NCBI GenBank assembly: GCA_034660095.1
Contig: JAYEIM010000221.1
Coordinates: 853 to 64,852, forward strand
Reading direction: 5' to 3'
Length of the DNA: 64,000 bases
Source of the DNA: Campylobacterota bacterium
GTDB lineage: Bacteria > Campylobacterota > Campylobacteria > Campylobacterales > Arcobacteraceae
Each line of letters begins with the position of its first letter. The stretch's first letter is position 1. Below, in pieces: positions 50,205 through 61,291 of the stretch. The notes below the pieces were generated by a model. It ran no database searches. It worked only from the letters and a program-made list of their open reading frames with translations, and was not told the origin of the DNA. The position numbers were made by a program, and so were the translations under genes.

Positions 50205-51272
50205 ATGTTACAAGAAAAACTACAACTTTTTATAGATAGGCATGAAGAGATAAATCAATTATTAGTTTCTCAAGAAATATTAACTGATATTAAAAAAATG
50301 ACTGAGCTATCAAAAGAACAATCTAGTATAAAAAAGGTTGTGGATTCTGCAAGGGAATACAATCAAATAATTGAAGATATTAATGATAACAAAGAATTAT
50401 TAGGTGATGATGAATTAGCTGATCTAGCAAAAGAGGAACTAAAAGAGTTAGAAAAAAGAAAACCTGAGCTAGAAGAAGAGATAAAGATTCTTCTACTTCC
50501 AACAGATCCAAATGATGATAAAAATATTTATATTGAACTTCGTGCTGGTGCTGGTGGAGATGAAGCTGGACTTTTTGTAGCTGATATGTTTAGAACATAT
50601 ATGAAGTTTGCTGAAAATGAGGGTTGGAAAACTGAAATCATGAACAGCAGTGAATCTGAAGCTGGTGGATACAAAGAGATGGTTGTATTAGTTAAAGGTG
50701 AATCTGTTTATAGTAAACTAAAATTTGAAGCTGGTGTACACCGAGTTCAAAGAGTTCCTGCAACAGAAACACAAGGTAGAGTACATACAAGTGCTATAAC
50801 TGTTGCTATAATTCCTGAAGTTGATGATGTAGAGATAGATATAAGATCAGAAGATTTAAAAATCGATACTATGAGAGCTAGTGGAAATGGTGGGCAATCT
50901 GTTAATACAACAGATAGTGCAATTAGAATTACACATCTTCCAACAGGTTTAGTTGTAACAAATCAAGATCAAAAATCACAGCATAAAAATAAAGATAAAG
51001 CTATGAAAGTTTTAAAAGCAAGACTTTTTGATATGCAAGAACAAGAGCGAATGGACAAAGAGGGAGCTGATAGAAAAGCTCAAGTAGGTTCTGGTGATAG
51101 AAGTGCTAGAATTAGAACTTATAACTATCCTCAAGGTCGTATCTCAGACCATAGAATTAACTTAACACTATACCGTTTAGATGTTATTATGAATGATGGA
51201 TTATTGCACGAAATAATTGATCCACTTATTGCAGATCACCAATCTAAACTTATGGAAGCTTCTGGAGTATAA
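50205..51272 (+). CDS. prfA: Peptide chain release factor 1
   Basis: [10 protein letters not shown] (PxT motif), GGQ, RTYNYPQ. Confidence 0.97.
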   Translation: MLQEKLQLFIDRHEEINQLLVSQEILTDIKKMTELSKEQSSIKKVVDSAREYNQIIEDINDNKELLGDDELADLAKEELKELEKRKPELEEEIKILLLPTDPNDDKNIYIELRAGAGGDEAGLFVADMFRTYMKFAENEGWKTEIMNSSESEAGGYKEMVVLVKGESVYSKLKFEAGVHRVQRVPATETQGRVHTSAITVAIIPEVDDVEIDIRSEDLKIDTMRASGNGGQSVNTTDSAIRITHLPTGLVVTNQDQKSQHKNKDKAMKVLKARLFDMQEQERMDKEGADRKAQVGSGDRSARIRTYNYPQGRISDHRINLTLYRLDVIMNDGLLHEIIDPLIADHQSKLMEASGV

Positions 51273-51394
51273 ACCAAAAGCTATTCATAAAAGAATAATT
51301 AAAGCAAACTTAAGCTATTATTCTCTTCTACAAAGCAGGTAAATCATAAAAAACATTGCATTGTTAAAAATCATTTAATTATAGGGATAAAATT

Positions 51395-52600
51395 ATGGAA
51401 AAAATTATAGATATTATAGATTCAATAGCTTATGAAAAAGGTTTAAAAGTTTCTGATGTAGAAGATGCACTAAAAGAATCTTTAATAAAAACTGCTGAAA
51501 AAATGCAAGATGATACTTTAGTTTATGAAGCAGAAATAGATAGAGCAAATAAAGAATTAAAACTTTCTCAGAAAATAGAAGTTGTTGCTATGGATGATAC
51601 TAGACTTACAGGTGAAGCTAGAGAAGAGCAAAACGAATGGGAAAAAGAGAATGATGTTGAGGGGAAACTGATCAATGCAGAAAACTTTTTGTCTATAGAA
51701 GAAGCAAAAGATATTGATACAGATCTTGAAGTTGGTGATTTTTTAAACTACGATTTAGAGTTTGAATCTATGGGTAGAAATGCAGCTACAATTTTATTTA
51801 GCAACCTTGAATATAGACTTCAAAGATTTATAGAAGATAACTTATATAACAAATATAATGACCAAGTTGGTGATACAATCCAAAGTGTTGTTGTAAGAGT
51901 TGATAGTAATGATAACACATTTATAGAGATTGGTGAAGTAAAAGGTATATTACCTAGAAAAAATAGAATAAAAGGTGAAAGCTTTAAAGTTGGTGATGCA
52001 TTAAGAGCTGTTGTAAAAGGTGTAAATATTGACAAGCAACATGGACTTGTAGTTGAAGTATCAAGAACTAGTCCAAAATATTTAGAAAGTTTACTTGCAC
52101 TTGAAGTTCCAGAGCTTAAAGATGGTAAAATTGTTATAGAAAACAGTGCAAGAATACCTGGTAGTCGAGCTAAAATTGCACTCTCTACACTTGAAGCAAA
52201 TATCGATCCTATTGGAGCTATTGTTGGTGTAAAAGGTGTTAGAATAAATGCTGTAAGTGAACAATTAAATGGTGAGAATATCGACTGTATTGAATATTCT
52301 GCTATTCCTGAAATGTTTATATCTAGAGCATTGAGTCCAGCTATTGTAAAAAGTGTAAAAATAGAAAAAGGTGCAGGTAAGGATGGCAAAGATAAAGCTA
52401 TAGTTACTATATCAGAAGATCAAAAAAGTAGAGCAATTGGTAAAGTTGGTTTAAATATAAGACTTGCATCTATGCTTACAAAATGTGAAATTGAGTTAAA
52501 TGTACTTGAAGGTGACAAAGAGGCAACAAAAGAAGATGGTGTGAACACAAGTGAAGAGAAAACAAAAGATACATCTGGATTAGAGGCATTATTTAATTAA
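51395..52600 (+). CDS. nusA: Transcription termination/antitermination factor NusA
   Basis: LEVPE, ARIPGSRAK, IDPIGAIVGVKG, AIGKVGLNIRLA. Confidence 0.96.
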   Translation: MEKIIDIIDSIAYEKGLKVSDVEDALKESLIKTAEKMQDDTLVYEAEIDRANKELKLSQKIEVVAMDDTRLTGEAREEQNEWEKENDVEGKLINAENFLSIEEAKDIDTDLEVGDFLNYDLEFESMGRNAATILFSNLEYRLQRFIEDNLYNKYNDQVGDTIQSVVVRVDSNDNTFIEIGEVKGILPRKNRIKGESFKVGDALRAVVKGVNIDKQHGLVVEVSRTSPKYLESLLALEVPELKDGKIVIENSARIPGSRAKIALSTLEANIDPIGAIVGVKGVRINAVSEQLNGENIDCIEYSAIPEMFISRALSPAIVKSVKIEKGAGKDGKDKAIVTISEDQKSRAIGKVGLNIRLASMLTKCEIELNVLEGDKEATKEDGVNTSEEKTKDTSGLEALFN

Positions 52601-52633
52601 TGTGGGTGTCCATATGAAAGGAACTTTAATATA

Positions 52634-53326
52634 GTGGAAAAATTAAATAAAATTTTAGTCGATATAACACCAAATAAAAAATTAAATATAGCACTTGCCA
52701 AAAAAGATATGGTAGATTATATTTATAATACATCAGCCTTAGAAGGCAATTCTATGACATATCCAGAAGTTGAAACTTTACTTGATGGAATAACTGTTGG
52801 TGGACATAAAATAAGTGATGAAAATATGATTTTAAATCAAAATAAAAGTGTTAAATTACTTTTTGATTTAATAGAAAATAAAAAATTTGATTTTACTAAA
52901 TTTACTACTTGCTTATTGCATAATGAAGTTTCACAAAATGAAGCTTTAAAATGGGGCGAGTTTAGAGATGCTAATGTTCGTATAGGTGGGACAGAATTTA
53001 TTCCACCTAAATTTGAAAATTTAGATAAAATATTTGAAGAAAATTTTCAATTTATAAATCAAATTAAAGAACCTGTAATTCAAGCTTTTTGTTCTTTTTT
53101 GCTTAATGCTAGAAGTCAATATTTTTATGATGGAAATAAAAGAACATCAAGATTGATAATGAATGGTATTTTATTAAATAGTGGATATCCTATGCTTAAT
53201 ATAAAAGCAAAAAATAAATTGGAATTTAATAAGATGATGATTAAATATTATGATAATGATGATATAGAAAAATCAGTATTGTGGTTATATAAATATTATA
53301 AAAAACAAATAAGCAAATTAGACTAG
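52634..53326 (+). CDS. Fic/Doc family protein with a variant active-site motif
   Basis: SALEGN inhibitory-like motif; QYFYDGNKRTSR. Confidence 0.87.
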   Translation: MEKLNKILVDITPNKKLNIALAKKDMVDYIYNTSALEGNSMTYPEVETLLDGITVGGHKISDENMILNQNKSVKLLFDLIENKKFDFTKFTTCLLHNEVSQNEALKWGEFRDANVRIGGTEFIPPKFENLDKIFEENFQFINQIKEPVIQAFCSFLLNARSQYFYDGNKRTSRLIMNGILLNSGYPMLNIKAKNKLEFNKMMIKYYDNDDIEKSVLWLYKYYKKQISKLD

Positions 53327-53328
53327 TA

Positions 53329-54732
53329 ATGAATTTAAAAATATATGATTCAGTAAAAAAAGAAAAAGTATTATTTGAATCACAAGAAAAAAATAGTGTA
53401 AAAATATATGTATGTGGTCCAACTGTTTATGATGATGCACATCTAGGACATGCAAGAAGTGCAATAGTTTTTGACCTTCTTCACAGAGTTTTAAAAGTAA
53501 ATGGTTACCAAGTAACCATGACTAAGAATTTTACAGATATAGATGATAAAATCATAAATAAAATGACCCAAACTGGCAAAAGCTTAGAGGAGATAACCTC
53601 TTTTTATATTCAAAGTTATTCTAATGATATGAAATCTTTAAATATCTTACGAAATACTATAGAACCAAAAGCAACTGAAAATCTAGAAGTTATGAAACAA
53701 TTAGTTCAAAAACTTCTAGATGAAGATAAAGCATATATACTAGAAGATGGTGTATATTTTGATACTTCAAAAGATGAAAAATATGGAACTATTTCAAATA
53801 GAGCAAGTGATGAAAATAGTATAGCTAGAGTTGAAACAACTAATAATAAAAAAGATCAAAAAGATTTTGCACTTTGGAAATTCAATACAAACGAAGTAAG
53901 TTTTGATGCAAGTTTTGGTGCAGGACGACCAGGCTGGCATTGTGAGTGTAGTGCTATGATTGATAAGCACTTGGCAAATCACAACTTAGAGTATGCTATT
54001 GATATTCATGGTGGTGGAGCAGACTTATTATTTCCACACCATGAAAATGAAGCTGGACAAACAAGAATGGCTTATGGGCAAGAGCTAGCGAAATATTGGA
54101 TGCATAATGGTTTTGTTAATATAGATGGTGAAAAAATGTCTAAGTCTTTGGGAAATAGTTTTTTCCTAAAGGATGCACTAAAACAATATGATGGTGAAGT
54201 GATACGATTTTATATGATGACAGCACATTATAAATCAGATTTTAGTTTTAGTCAAGATGATCTAAATAGTAGTAAAAAAAGACTTGATAAACTTTATAGA
54301 CTTCAAAAAAGATTATATGGATTAGGTAGTAGTACAATAAACAAAGAGTTTCAAAACAATATGATAGATGCATTAAATGATGATATGAATACATCAAAAG
54401 CATTAGCTACTCTTGATGAATATATCTCAAGCTCAAATGAATCTTTAGATAAAGAGCCAAAAAATAAAGCTCTTAAAAAAGAGATTGCTGCAAGTTTTAG
54501 TTTTATTAGTGATCTTTTAGGAGTTGGGAGTAAAGATTGTTTTGAATATTTTCAATTTGGAATTACTCAAGAGGAAAAAGAGGAAATTGAATCTTTAATA
54601 TCAAAAAGAAATGATGCAAAAAAAGATAAAAATTTTGAGCTATCAGATAGTATTAGAGATCAATTAAAGGTATTAAATATATCTATTATGGATACTGTAA
54701 ATGGAACATTATGGGAAAGAGAGATTAACTAA
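53329..54732 (+). CDS. cysS: Cysteine--tRNA ligase
   Basis: CGPTVY, HLGH, GRPGWHCEC, FPHHENE, KMSKS. Confidence 0.97.
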   Translation: MNLKIYDSVKKEKVLFESQEKNSVKIYVCGPTVYDDAHLGHARSAIVFDLLHRVLKVNGYQVTMTKNFTDIDDKIINKMTQTGKSLEEITSFYIQSYSNDMKSLNILRNTIEPKATENLEVMKQLVQKLLDEDKAYILEDGVYFDTSKDEKYGTISNRASDENSIARVETTNNKKDQKDFALWKFNTNEVSFDASFGAGRPGWHCECSAMIDKHLANHNLEYAIDIHGGGADLLFPHHENEAGQTRMAYGQELAKYWMHNGFVNIDGEKMSKSLGNSFFLKDALKQYDGEVIRFYMMTAHYKSDFSFSQDDLNSSKKRLDKLYRLQKRLYGLGSSTINKEFQNNMIDALNDDMNTSKALATLDEYISSSNESLDKEPKNKALKKEIAASFSFISDLLGVGSKDCFEYFQFGITQEEKEEIESLISKRNDAKKDKNFELSDSIRDQLKVLNISIMDTVNGTLWEREIN

Positions 54733-55198
54733 TATATAATAGTTTCTCTATCTCATTTTCATCTATAACTTTTATATTATTTTCAATTAATAGTTTAGCT
54801 GTTACACCAAAACCATTAACCTTTGTAGAATTAAATTTACCATTATAAATAAATTTATTTGAACAAGATGGTGAATTTGCTTTTAATAAAGCAATTTTAA
54901 TATTCTCTTTTTTACATAATTGAAGTGTTTTATTTGCTCCATTTATAAAATTTATAGTTTTATCTTCATCTATTTTATTGATAATTTTTAATGGTTTTAG
55001 TGAAATAATTTCACATGGTATTCTTGGAGTTGGTAAACCACCCTCAACTTCTGGGCAAAAGTTAATTAAGTGATATTTTTCTTTTAATTTATCTAAGATA
55101 TTTTCATCTAAACAGTTGTTTAATCCATCATATTTTACATTTTCACCTATCAAACAACTACTGATTAAAAGCTTTTCTTTCCACATAATAGACTCCAT
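54725..55198 (-). CDS. DUF523 family protein (2-thiouracil desulfurase-like)
   Basis: ISSCLIG, CPEVEGGLPTPR, NSPSCS, GFGVTA. Confidence 0.88.
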   Translation of the reverse strand: MESIMWKEKLLISSCLIGENVKYDGLNNCLDENILDKLKEKYHLINFCPEVEGGLPTPRIPCEIISLKPLKIINKIDEDKTINFINGANKTLQLCKKENIKIALLKANSPSCSNKFIYNGKFNSTKVNGFGVTAKLLIENNIKVIDENEIEKLLYIS

Positions 55199-55209
55199 AA
55201 ATTTGACAT

Positions 55210-55242
55210 AAAAAAACCCTCACAATAACTTGCAAGGGTTTT
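55210..55242 (-). terminator. Intrinsic terminator of the por operon
   Basis: AAAACCCT...AGGGTTTT hairpin with a U tract on the - strand. Confidence 0.7.
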
Positions 55243-55260
55243 AACCGTTTTTGTCAAGAA

Positions 55261-56250
55261 CTATACTCTAGCTTCCTCACGTCTTTGTAGATAATCCCAA
55301 TCTTTATCAACTCTTTTTTGCCATTCATCAATCATATGCTCATATTTAGGAGTAAATAGATGCTTAAATCTTGGTTGAACACCTAAGTAATCTCTTACAG
55401 GAACAATATTTTTTGGTCTATAAGTGATATTTAATTCTCTACCTTCAATAATCTCATATAATGGGAATACTAATGAATCAGTAGCCATATCAGAAACTTC
55501 TATTGTTTGGTGAATAGGGAACTTCCACTCTGTTGTACATGCAGACATTGCATTGATATAAACAGGACCGTTTGCATCAAAACCTTTATGTACTTTTTTA
55601 ATCATATCTTTCCACTTATTTGGAGCAACTTGTGCTACATATGGAGCACCATGTGCTGCCATAATTTGTAACATATCTTTCTTATGTTGCTTTTCACCAT
55701 AAGAGTGAGATCCAGAAGGAGTAGTTGTTGCACTAGCACCAATTGGTGTAGATGAACTTCTTTGTCCCCCTGTATTTGCATAAACTTCATTATCAAGACA
55801 AACATACATCATATTGTGTCCTCTTTCAAAACAACCAGATACCCATTGGAAACCGATATCATAAGTAGCACCATCTCCACCAAAAGCAATAAACTTAGGC
55901 TCAGGTGTATTTGGATCAATTCTACCTTTTGATCTTAAAGCTTTATTTGCTGTTTCTGCACCTGCAATTGCAGTTGAAGAGTTTTCAAATCCAATATGGA
56001 TCCAAGAACAATCCCAAGATGTATGAGGATAGATAGCTGTACAAACTTCAAGACAACCAGTTGAAGCTGATACAACTAAGTTATCATTTGTAGCATTTAA
56101 AATTTCTCTTACAATAATAGAGTGAGCACACCCTGGACATAATACGTGAGCACCTTCAAATCTTTCAGCAGCTGTTGAGAAAGATTTTAAGTTTTTAATC
56201 TCTTTATTTCCTTGTGGTGGAGTACATCCACCAATTAAACTACAACTCAT
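55261..56250 (-). CDS. porB: Pyruvate:ferredoxin oxidoreductase beta subunit
   Basis: CPGC, TGCLEV, GGDG...DNEVYANTGGQ TPP-binding motif. Confidence 0.93.
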   Translation of the reverse strand: MSCSLIGGCTPPQGNKEIKNLKSFSTAAERFEGAHVLCPGCAHSIIVREILNATNDNLVVSASTGCLEVCTAIYPHTSWDCSWIHIGFENSSTAIAGAETANKALRSKGRIDPNTPEPKFIAFGGDGATYDIGFQWVSGCFERGHNMMYVCLDNEVYANTGGQRSSSTPIGASATTTPSGSHSYGEKQHKKDMLQIMAAHGAPYVAQVAPNKWKDMIKKVHKGFDANGPVYINAMSACTTEWKFPIHQTIEVSDMATDSLVFPLYEIIEGRELNITYRPKNIVPVRDYLGVQPRFKHLFTPKYEHMIDEWQKRVDKDWDYLQRREEARV

Positions 56251-56254
56251 CTTT

Positions 56255-57493
56255 TTATCCTTCTACACTATAGTATTTTAATTCTGGTCCACGAACACCA
56301 ATCCACTCTTGGATAGTACCATCTAGTTTACCAGCATCAATTTCTGATTTAGCTTTTTTGAAAATATCACTAATGTTTTGAACATTAATATCTCTTCCAC
56401 CTAAACCATATATTTTATTACTTACCAATGGTCTATATGGTGTATTATATAATGCACCTGTAACATCGTTGTATAATAAACCAGTTTGTCCACCTGGAGC
56501 TGATCTATCCATACATACAACCGCTTTAGCATTTTTTAGTTTTTCAACTAATTGACCCATTTGAGTTGGTCTGAAAACTCTTGGCATAAGAACACCAACT
56601 TTCATACCCTCTTCTCTCATCTTATCACAAGCAACTTGTGCTGTTTGATAAGTTGTACCCATACAGATAACAATAACTTCAGCATCTTCAGTTCTGTGAG
56701 TTTCAATCATATTATATTTTCTACCACTTACTTTTTCAAAATCAGCAAATACTTCTTCTATAACAGATACAGATCTCATCATTGCATCATTTTGTTTAGC
56801 TTTATGCTCAAAATGCCAATCAGACTCTGTTTGTACACCATGAGTAACAGGTTTATCAAAATTTAACATTGAGTTAACTTCTTTATAATCACCAACAAAA
56901 TCATAAGCTGCATCATCTGATAATACTCTTACATTTTGTGCTTTATGAGAAGTTAAAAATCCATCTTGATTTACAATAACAGGAAGTCTTACATCTAAAT
57001 GTTCACCAATTCTAAATGCACATAAAACTAAGTCATATGATTCTTCAGGTGTACATGCATCCATTGAAATCCATCCAGATTGATTTGCAAGATACATATC
57101 ACTGTGGTCACCATTTACATTAAGTGGTGCTGCTAAAGCTCTATTAATCATACATAAAACTATAGGAAGTCTCATTCCAGATGCTTGATAAAGTGTCTCA
57201 ACCATAAGAGCAAGACCTTGAGATGAAGTAGCAGTTGCTGTTCTAGCACCTGCTGCACTAGCACCAATACATCCAGACATAGCAGCATGTTCAGACTCAG
57301 TCATAATCATCTCACCATCAACATAACCATTTGCATTATGTGATGCATAAGCTTCAACAGTACCAGTTGAAGGAGTAATAGGATAAGCAGAAACTACATC
57401 AACACTTGCTTGTCTTAAAGCATGTGAATTTGCAACATTTCCATCCCAAACTTCAACAGTATTTAGGTCCATCTTTCTTTTATTTCTATACAT
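56255..57493 (-). CDS. porA: Pyruvate:ferredoxin oxidoreductase alpha subunit
   Basis: AYPITPST, ESEHAAMS, TATSSQG, DGFLTSH, YGLGGRD; start ATG 57493. Confidence 0.93.
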   Translation of the reverse strand: MYRNKRKMDLNTVEVWDGNVANSHALRQASVDVVSAYPITPSTGTVEAYASHNANGYVDGEMIMTESEHAAMSGCIGASAAGARTATATSSQGLALMVETLYQASGMRLPIVLCMINRALAAPLNVNGDHSDMYLANQSGWISMDACTPEESYDLVLCAFRIGEHLDVRLPVIVNQDGFLTSHKAQNVRVLSDDAAYDFVGDYKEVNSMLNFDKPVTHGVQTESDWHFEHKAKQNDAMMRSVSVIEEVFADFEKVSGRKYNMIETHRTEDAEVIVICMGTTYQTAQVACDKMREEGMKVGVLMPRVFRPTQMGQLVEKLKNAKAVVCMDRSAPGGQTGLLYNDVTGALYNTPYRPLVSNKIYGLGGRDINVQNISDIFKKAKSEIDAGKLDGTIQEWIGVRGPELKYYSVEG

Positions 57494-57495
57494 TA

Positions 57496-57957
57496 TTATT
57501 CGCCTTTTTTCTTTTTCTCTGGCCATTGTGTCAGAGCATCTTCATTTTTTAAGTTTTCATCAAACATAATAAGTGATTTTGGATTTGTAGGACAAACTTC
57601 CACACAAATTCCACAACCCTTACAGTGATCATAATCTATCCCTACCATCTCTTTATCTCTTGAGATAATTGATGTATCTGGACAATATAACCAACAGTTT
57701 TGACAGTCAATACAAAGATCAACATTCCAAACTGGTTTTACAACTCTCCAGTCACCTACATATTTATTCATAGAGTTTGTTTCAGCAACTGGTCTATCTT
57801 CTGGTTGAGTATTTACAACTGTATGGTCAATCTCACCCTCAAAAGAGAAACAAGCAGCACCTGGTACTAATTCATCCCAACCCATATCAAAAACTGAATT
57901 TTGAAACTGATCTTTACTTTTATATAATTTTGTTGTTACATCACTATGTTGTGCCAT
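57496..57957 (-). CDS. porD: Pyruvate:ferredoxin oxidoreductase delta subunit (2x[4Fe-4S])
   Basis: GDWRVVKP, CIDCQNCWLYCP, CKGCGICVEVCP. Confidence 0.92.
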   Translation of the reverse strand: MAQHSDVTTKLYKSKDQFQNSVFDMGWDELVPGAACFSFEGEIDHTVVNTQPEDRPVAETNSMNKYVGDWRVVKPVWNVDLCIDCQNCWLYCPDTSIISRDKEMVGIDYDHCKGCGICVEVCPTNPKSLIMFDENLKNEDALTQWPEKKKKGE

Positions 57958-57966
57958 ATTCTACTC

Positions 57967-58530
57967 CTATTTAACTTCGTCGTATGCTCGTTGGATAGCC
58001 AACATATTTGCATCAACAATTTTTTCTGGAAGCTTCCCAAGGATAACTTTCATTGCATCTTTAAAGTGGTTGATATCTAAAATTCCAGATAACTTAATAA
58101 ATGCACCAAGTGCAGGAGTATTTGGAATTGGTCTACCAATTGTTTCTTGAGATATTTTTAACATATCTAAAACATGCACTTGATCTTCTTTACCCTCTAA
58201 TGCTGGTATTAAAGATATAAGCTCATCTTTAGCTAAATGTGTTGTAATAATATATGATGTATCATCATTACAATCTTCTGTAAAATTATCAGTATAAGCT
58301 AAGCCTGGATCAAGAATAAAAACATAATTTGGCACCATGTATCTCTCATGATTTAAAAGTTCATTATCATCAACTCTATTATAAGCAGTCATAGCTGCAC
58401 CTCTTTTTGCAGAACCATAAAATGAAAAAGCTTGCACCTGCTTACCTGTTTCAGCTAATACTGAAGCTAATCCTTTAGCACCTGTTACGGCACCTTGTCC
58501 AGCACGACTGTGCCATCTAATCTCTAGCAT
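57967..58530 (-). CDS. porC: Pyruvate:ferredoxin oxidoreductase gamma subunit
   Basis: MLEIRWHSRAGQG, YGSAKRGA, PNTPALGA. Confidence 0.92.
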   Translation of the reverse strand: MLEIRWHSRAGQGAVTGAKGLASVLAETGKQVQAFSFYGSAKRGAAMTAYNRVDDNELLNHERYMVPNYVFILDPGLAYTDNFTEDCNDDTSYIITTHLAKDELISLIPALEGKEDQVHVLDMLKISQETIGRPIPNTPALGAFIKLSGILDINHFKDAMKVILGKLPEKIVDANMLAIQRAYDEVK

Positions 58531-58632
58531 ATTTTCTCCTAAATTTTATCAAATTTTATAATATTCACTATTCGATAATTATATTTATCAATTTTAAGCA
58601 ATTACAACTTATATTATGCTTTAGAACTATTC

Positions 58633-59301
58633 TTAATTTAAATATATTTTTATATGTGTTACCGCTTCTAAAGAATCGTTACAAATAGCATTTGTATAGC
58701 ATGACAATTGTTCCTCTTTTCCATACCCACATAACACTGCTACACTACTTATTCCAGCATCATTAGCTGCTATTAAATCCATCTTTGTATCACCTATCAT
58801 AAATATATTTTTATGTGGTTTTAAATCCATATTTTTTAAACACTTTAGTACGGGTTCTGGATGTGGCTTTGGATTTACCACCTCTTGTCTTCCTATAATT
58901 GTTTCAAAATAATGCATAATACCCATATGCTCTAATAATGGTATGGTATATTGAGTAGTTTTTGTTGTAACTATGCCAAGTCTTGCAAAACTTGATGCTA
59001 ATTTTATAGATTCTACTGCATTTGGCAATAGTGTTGTTTGTGCTATAGATATCTTTCTGTACTCTTTTTTATAAGAAGTTACAAAATCCCACACTTTTTC
59101 CAAATCAACACCTAAATTTGCATACATTATATCCAAAGGGTAACCTATCTCGTTTTTAATATCCTCTTTTGTACCTTTAAAATCAAAATTTAATTCTTTA
59201 AATGAGTGAAAAAAACATCCTGTAATCGCATCTGTACTATCTATAAGCGTACCATCTAAATCAAACAATATAACTATCTCTTTGTTTTGTGTATTATCCA
59301 T
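58633..59301 (-). CDS. HAD-family phosphatase (phosphoglycolate phosphatase-like)
   Basis: FDLDGTLIDS, KPHPEP, MIGDT. Confidence 0.9.
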   Translation of the reverse strand: MDNTQNKEIVILFDLDGTLIDSTDAITGCFFHSFKELNFDFKGTKEDIKNEIGYPLDIMYANLGVDLEKVWDFVTSYKKEYRKISIAQTTLLPNAVESIKLASSFARLGIVTTKTTQYTIPLLEHMGIMHYFETIIGRQEVVNPKPHPEPVLKCLKNMDLKPHKNIFMIGDTKMDLIAANDAGISSVAVLCGYGKEEQLSCYTNAICNDSLEAVTHIKIYLN

Positions 59302-60803
59302 TATTCTTTTATCCAATCTTCTTGATTATGCATTATTCCTGTTAGTGCAGGTGTTACATTTTTTATATTTTTATCTATTACAGTTATACTATTTGGAATA
59401 TATAAAAATAGATATGGCAAATCTTCACTAATATTTTTAAATATATCTTTATATATAACACTTAACTCTTTTTTATCTATTGTAATCTCACCTTGCTCTA
59501 TTAAACTATCCACTTTTTTATTTTTATATCCTATAAAGTTAAATCCACCAGTTACATCACTTGAACTGTGCCAAATTGATCTAGCATCTGGCATCAAAGA
59601 GAGTCCCCATCCCAAAATAATAGCATCAAAATTTCTAGGATGAACAATGGTATTTAAAAAGGCTTGCCACTCCATAACTCTTATTTTCATATTTATACCA
59701 GCTTTTGACAATTGATATTGTAATATTTCTGCTGCATTTACTCGTATAGAGTTATTCGCATTTGTTATCACTTCAAAACTAAACTGATTATTTTTATCAT
59801 AACCAAGCTCTTTTAAAATTTGTTTTGCTTTTTTTATATTTTGTATTGGCGTTTTTATATCTTTATTAAATGCAAAAGTTCCTGGTAAAAATGGTCCATT
59901 ACACACCTTTGCATGTCCAAAAAAAAGTATATTTGATAACTCATCTCTATTTATAGCTAAGTTTATAGCTTCTCTTATTTTTTTATCCTTAAACTTTTCA
60001 CTTTTTAAATTAAATCCCATATATGTATAGCTAAAGCTTTGCTTCTCAAATATAGAAAAATCATCTTTGAACTTATCATCTATTTGTCTATCTATTTGTA
60101 TTGGGCTTAATGTACCAACATCAAGTTGTTTCTGTTTTAACATATAAAATGAGGTTGTAGGGTCTGGTACAAATTTATAACTTATTTTTTTTATATTTGG
60201 TACTTTTGTAAAATAATCATTATTTACTTCAAGTATAATATCTTGAGATATCTTTAACTCTTTTAATTTATATGGACCTGTTCCTATTGGCTTTTTATTG
60301 AAATTACTTGTCATAATATCTTTTTCATTTTCCAAAATATGCTTAGGTAGAATACCTATCATCCATATCTCCAATGCTTTAAAGTATGGTTGAGTATATT
60401 TTATCTCTATTTTATATTTACCTAAAGCTTTAACACTTTTTACTTTTTTAAAACTTGAAGTTGTTGGTGTGTATATTTTTGGGTTATTTATAGTATCAAA
60501 TGTAAAAATAATATCAGAAGCTGTAAGGTTAACGCCATCATGCCATTTAACATTTTGTTTTATATCCACTACTAAGGTTGTTTTATCTTTGAACTTATAT
60601 GATGATGCTATGTCATTTACCACATTTCCATCTTTGTCATATTTAAATAGTCCATTAAATATCCATCCAGATATTTCACTACTCGCACTATCAGTTGATA
60701 AGATAGGATTTATTCTACTTGGATTTGATGATATAGAAAGATTTAAAGTTGAGGAATATAATATGTTTGAAAATAATAAAATATATATTAAGTTTTTAAT
60801 CAT
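59301..60803 (-). CDS. Peptide ABC transporter substrate-binding protein (family 5)
   Basis: Start ATG 60803 with a signal peptide; KWHDG, PIGTGPYK, REAINLAINR. Confidence 0.9.
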   Translation of the reverse strand: MIKNLIYILLFSNILYSSTLNLSISSNPSRINPILSTDSASSEISGWIFNGLFKYDKDGNVVNDIASSYKFKDKTTLVVDIKQNVKWHDGVNLTASDIIFTFDTINNPKIYTPTTSSFKKVKSVKALGKYKIEIKYTQPYFKALEIWMIGILPKHILENEKDIMTSNFNKKPIGTGPYKLKELKISQDIILEVNNDYFTKVPNIKKISYKFVPDPTTSFYMLKQKQLDVGTLSPIQIDRQIDDKFKDDFSIFEKQSFSYTYMGFNLKSEKFKDKKIREAINLAINRDELSNILFFGHAKVCNGPFLPGTFAFNKDIKTPIQNIKKAKQILKELGYDKNNQFSFEVITNANNSIRVNAAEILQYQLSKAGINMKIRVMEWQAFLNTIVHPRNFDAIILGWGLSLMPDARSIWHSSSDVTGGFNFIGYKNKKVDSLIEQGEITIDKKELSVIYKDIFKNISEDLPYLFLYIPNSITVIDKNIKNVTPALTGIMHNQEDWIKE

Positions 60804-60817
60804 AATGAATTGTACAT

Positions 60818-60853
60818 AAAAAAAGCTAAAAAGATTTCTCTTTTTAGCTTTTT
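60818..60853 (-). terminator. Intrinsic terminator of rplM-rpsI
   Basis: AAAAAGCTAAAAAGA-tttc-TCTTTTTAGCTTTTT. Confidence 0.85.
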
Positions 60854-60897
60854 CAAGATAATTATTTTGCCATTTGGCAAAGAATAAAATGTATCTA

Positions 60898-61287
60898 TTA
60901 TCTCTTTGAGAATTGAGGAGATCTTCTAGCTTTTCTTCTTCCTGGCTTCTTTCTTTCAACAACTCTAGCATCTCTAGTAAGTAAACCATAAGGCTTAAGA
61001 ATTGCTCTAAACTGCTCATCATAAGCAACTAAAGCTTTTGATATACCATGTCTAAGCGCATCAGCTTGAGCAGAATAACCACCACCTAATGTTTTAGCTA
61101 CAATATTTACAGATTCTAATTGTTTAGAAACTTCTAATGGTTGTCTAACTCTTTTTTTAAGAGCTTCATGACCACCAAGCCATACATTTAAAGGCTCACC
61201 ATTTACTTGGATATCACCTTTTCCAACTTCTAGCCAAACTTTAGCTATAGCAGTTTTTCTTTTTCCTGTTGCATAAACTTTTGCCAT
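60898..61287 (-). CDS. rpsI: 30S ribosomal protein S9
   Basis: ATGKRKTA...[19 protein letters not shown]. Confidence 0.98.
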   Translation of the reverse strand: MAKVYATGKRKTAIAKVWLEVGKGDIQVNGEPLNVWLGGHEALKKRVRQPLEVSKQLESVNIVAKTLGGGYSAQADALRHGISKALVAYDEQFRAILKPYGLLTRDARVVERKKPGRRKARRSPQFSKR

Positions 61288-61291
61288 CTAA

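Noticed and set aside
51820-52389. Long antisense ORFs (also 15074-15622, 35669-36118, 44512-44886, 40978-41337 and similar)
   Set aside because: Shadow frames opposite well-supported genes, with no motifs or RBS
58566-58592. GATAA-N6-TTATC palindrome upstream of the por operon as a Fur-type box
   Set aside because: Spacing does not fit the 7-1-7 consensus and it overlaps the probable -10 in AT-rich DNA; too weak to call
60804-61028. N-terminal extension of the peptide-binding protein in the ORF track
   Set aside because: It overlaps rpsI in another frame and crosses its terminator; the signal peptide begins at ATG 60803
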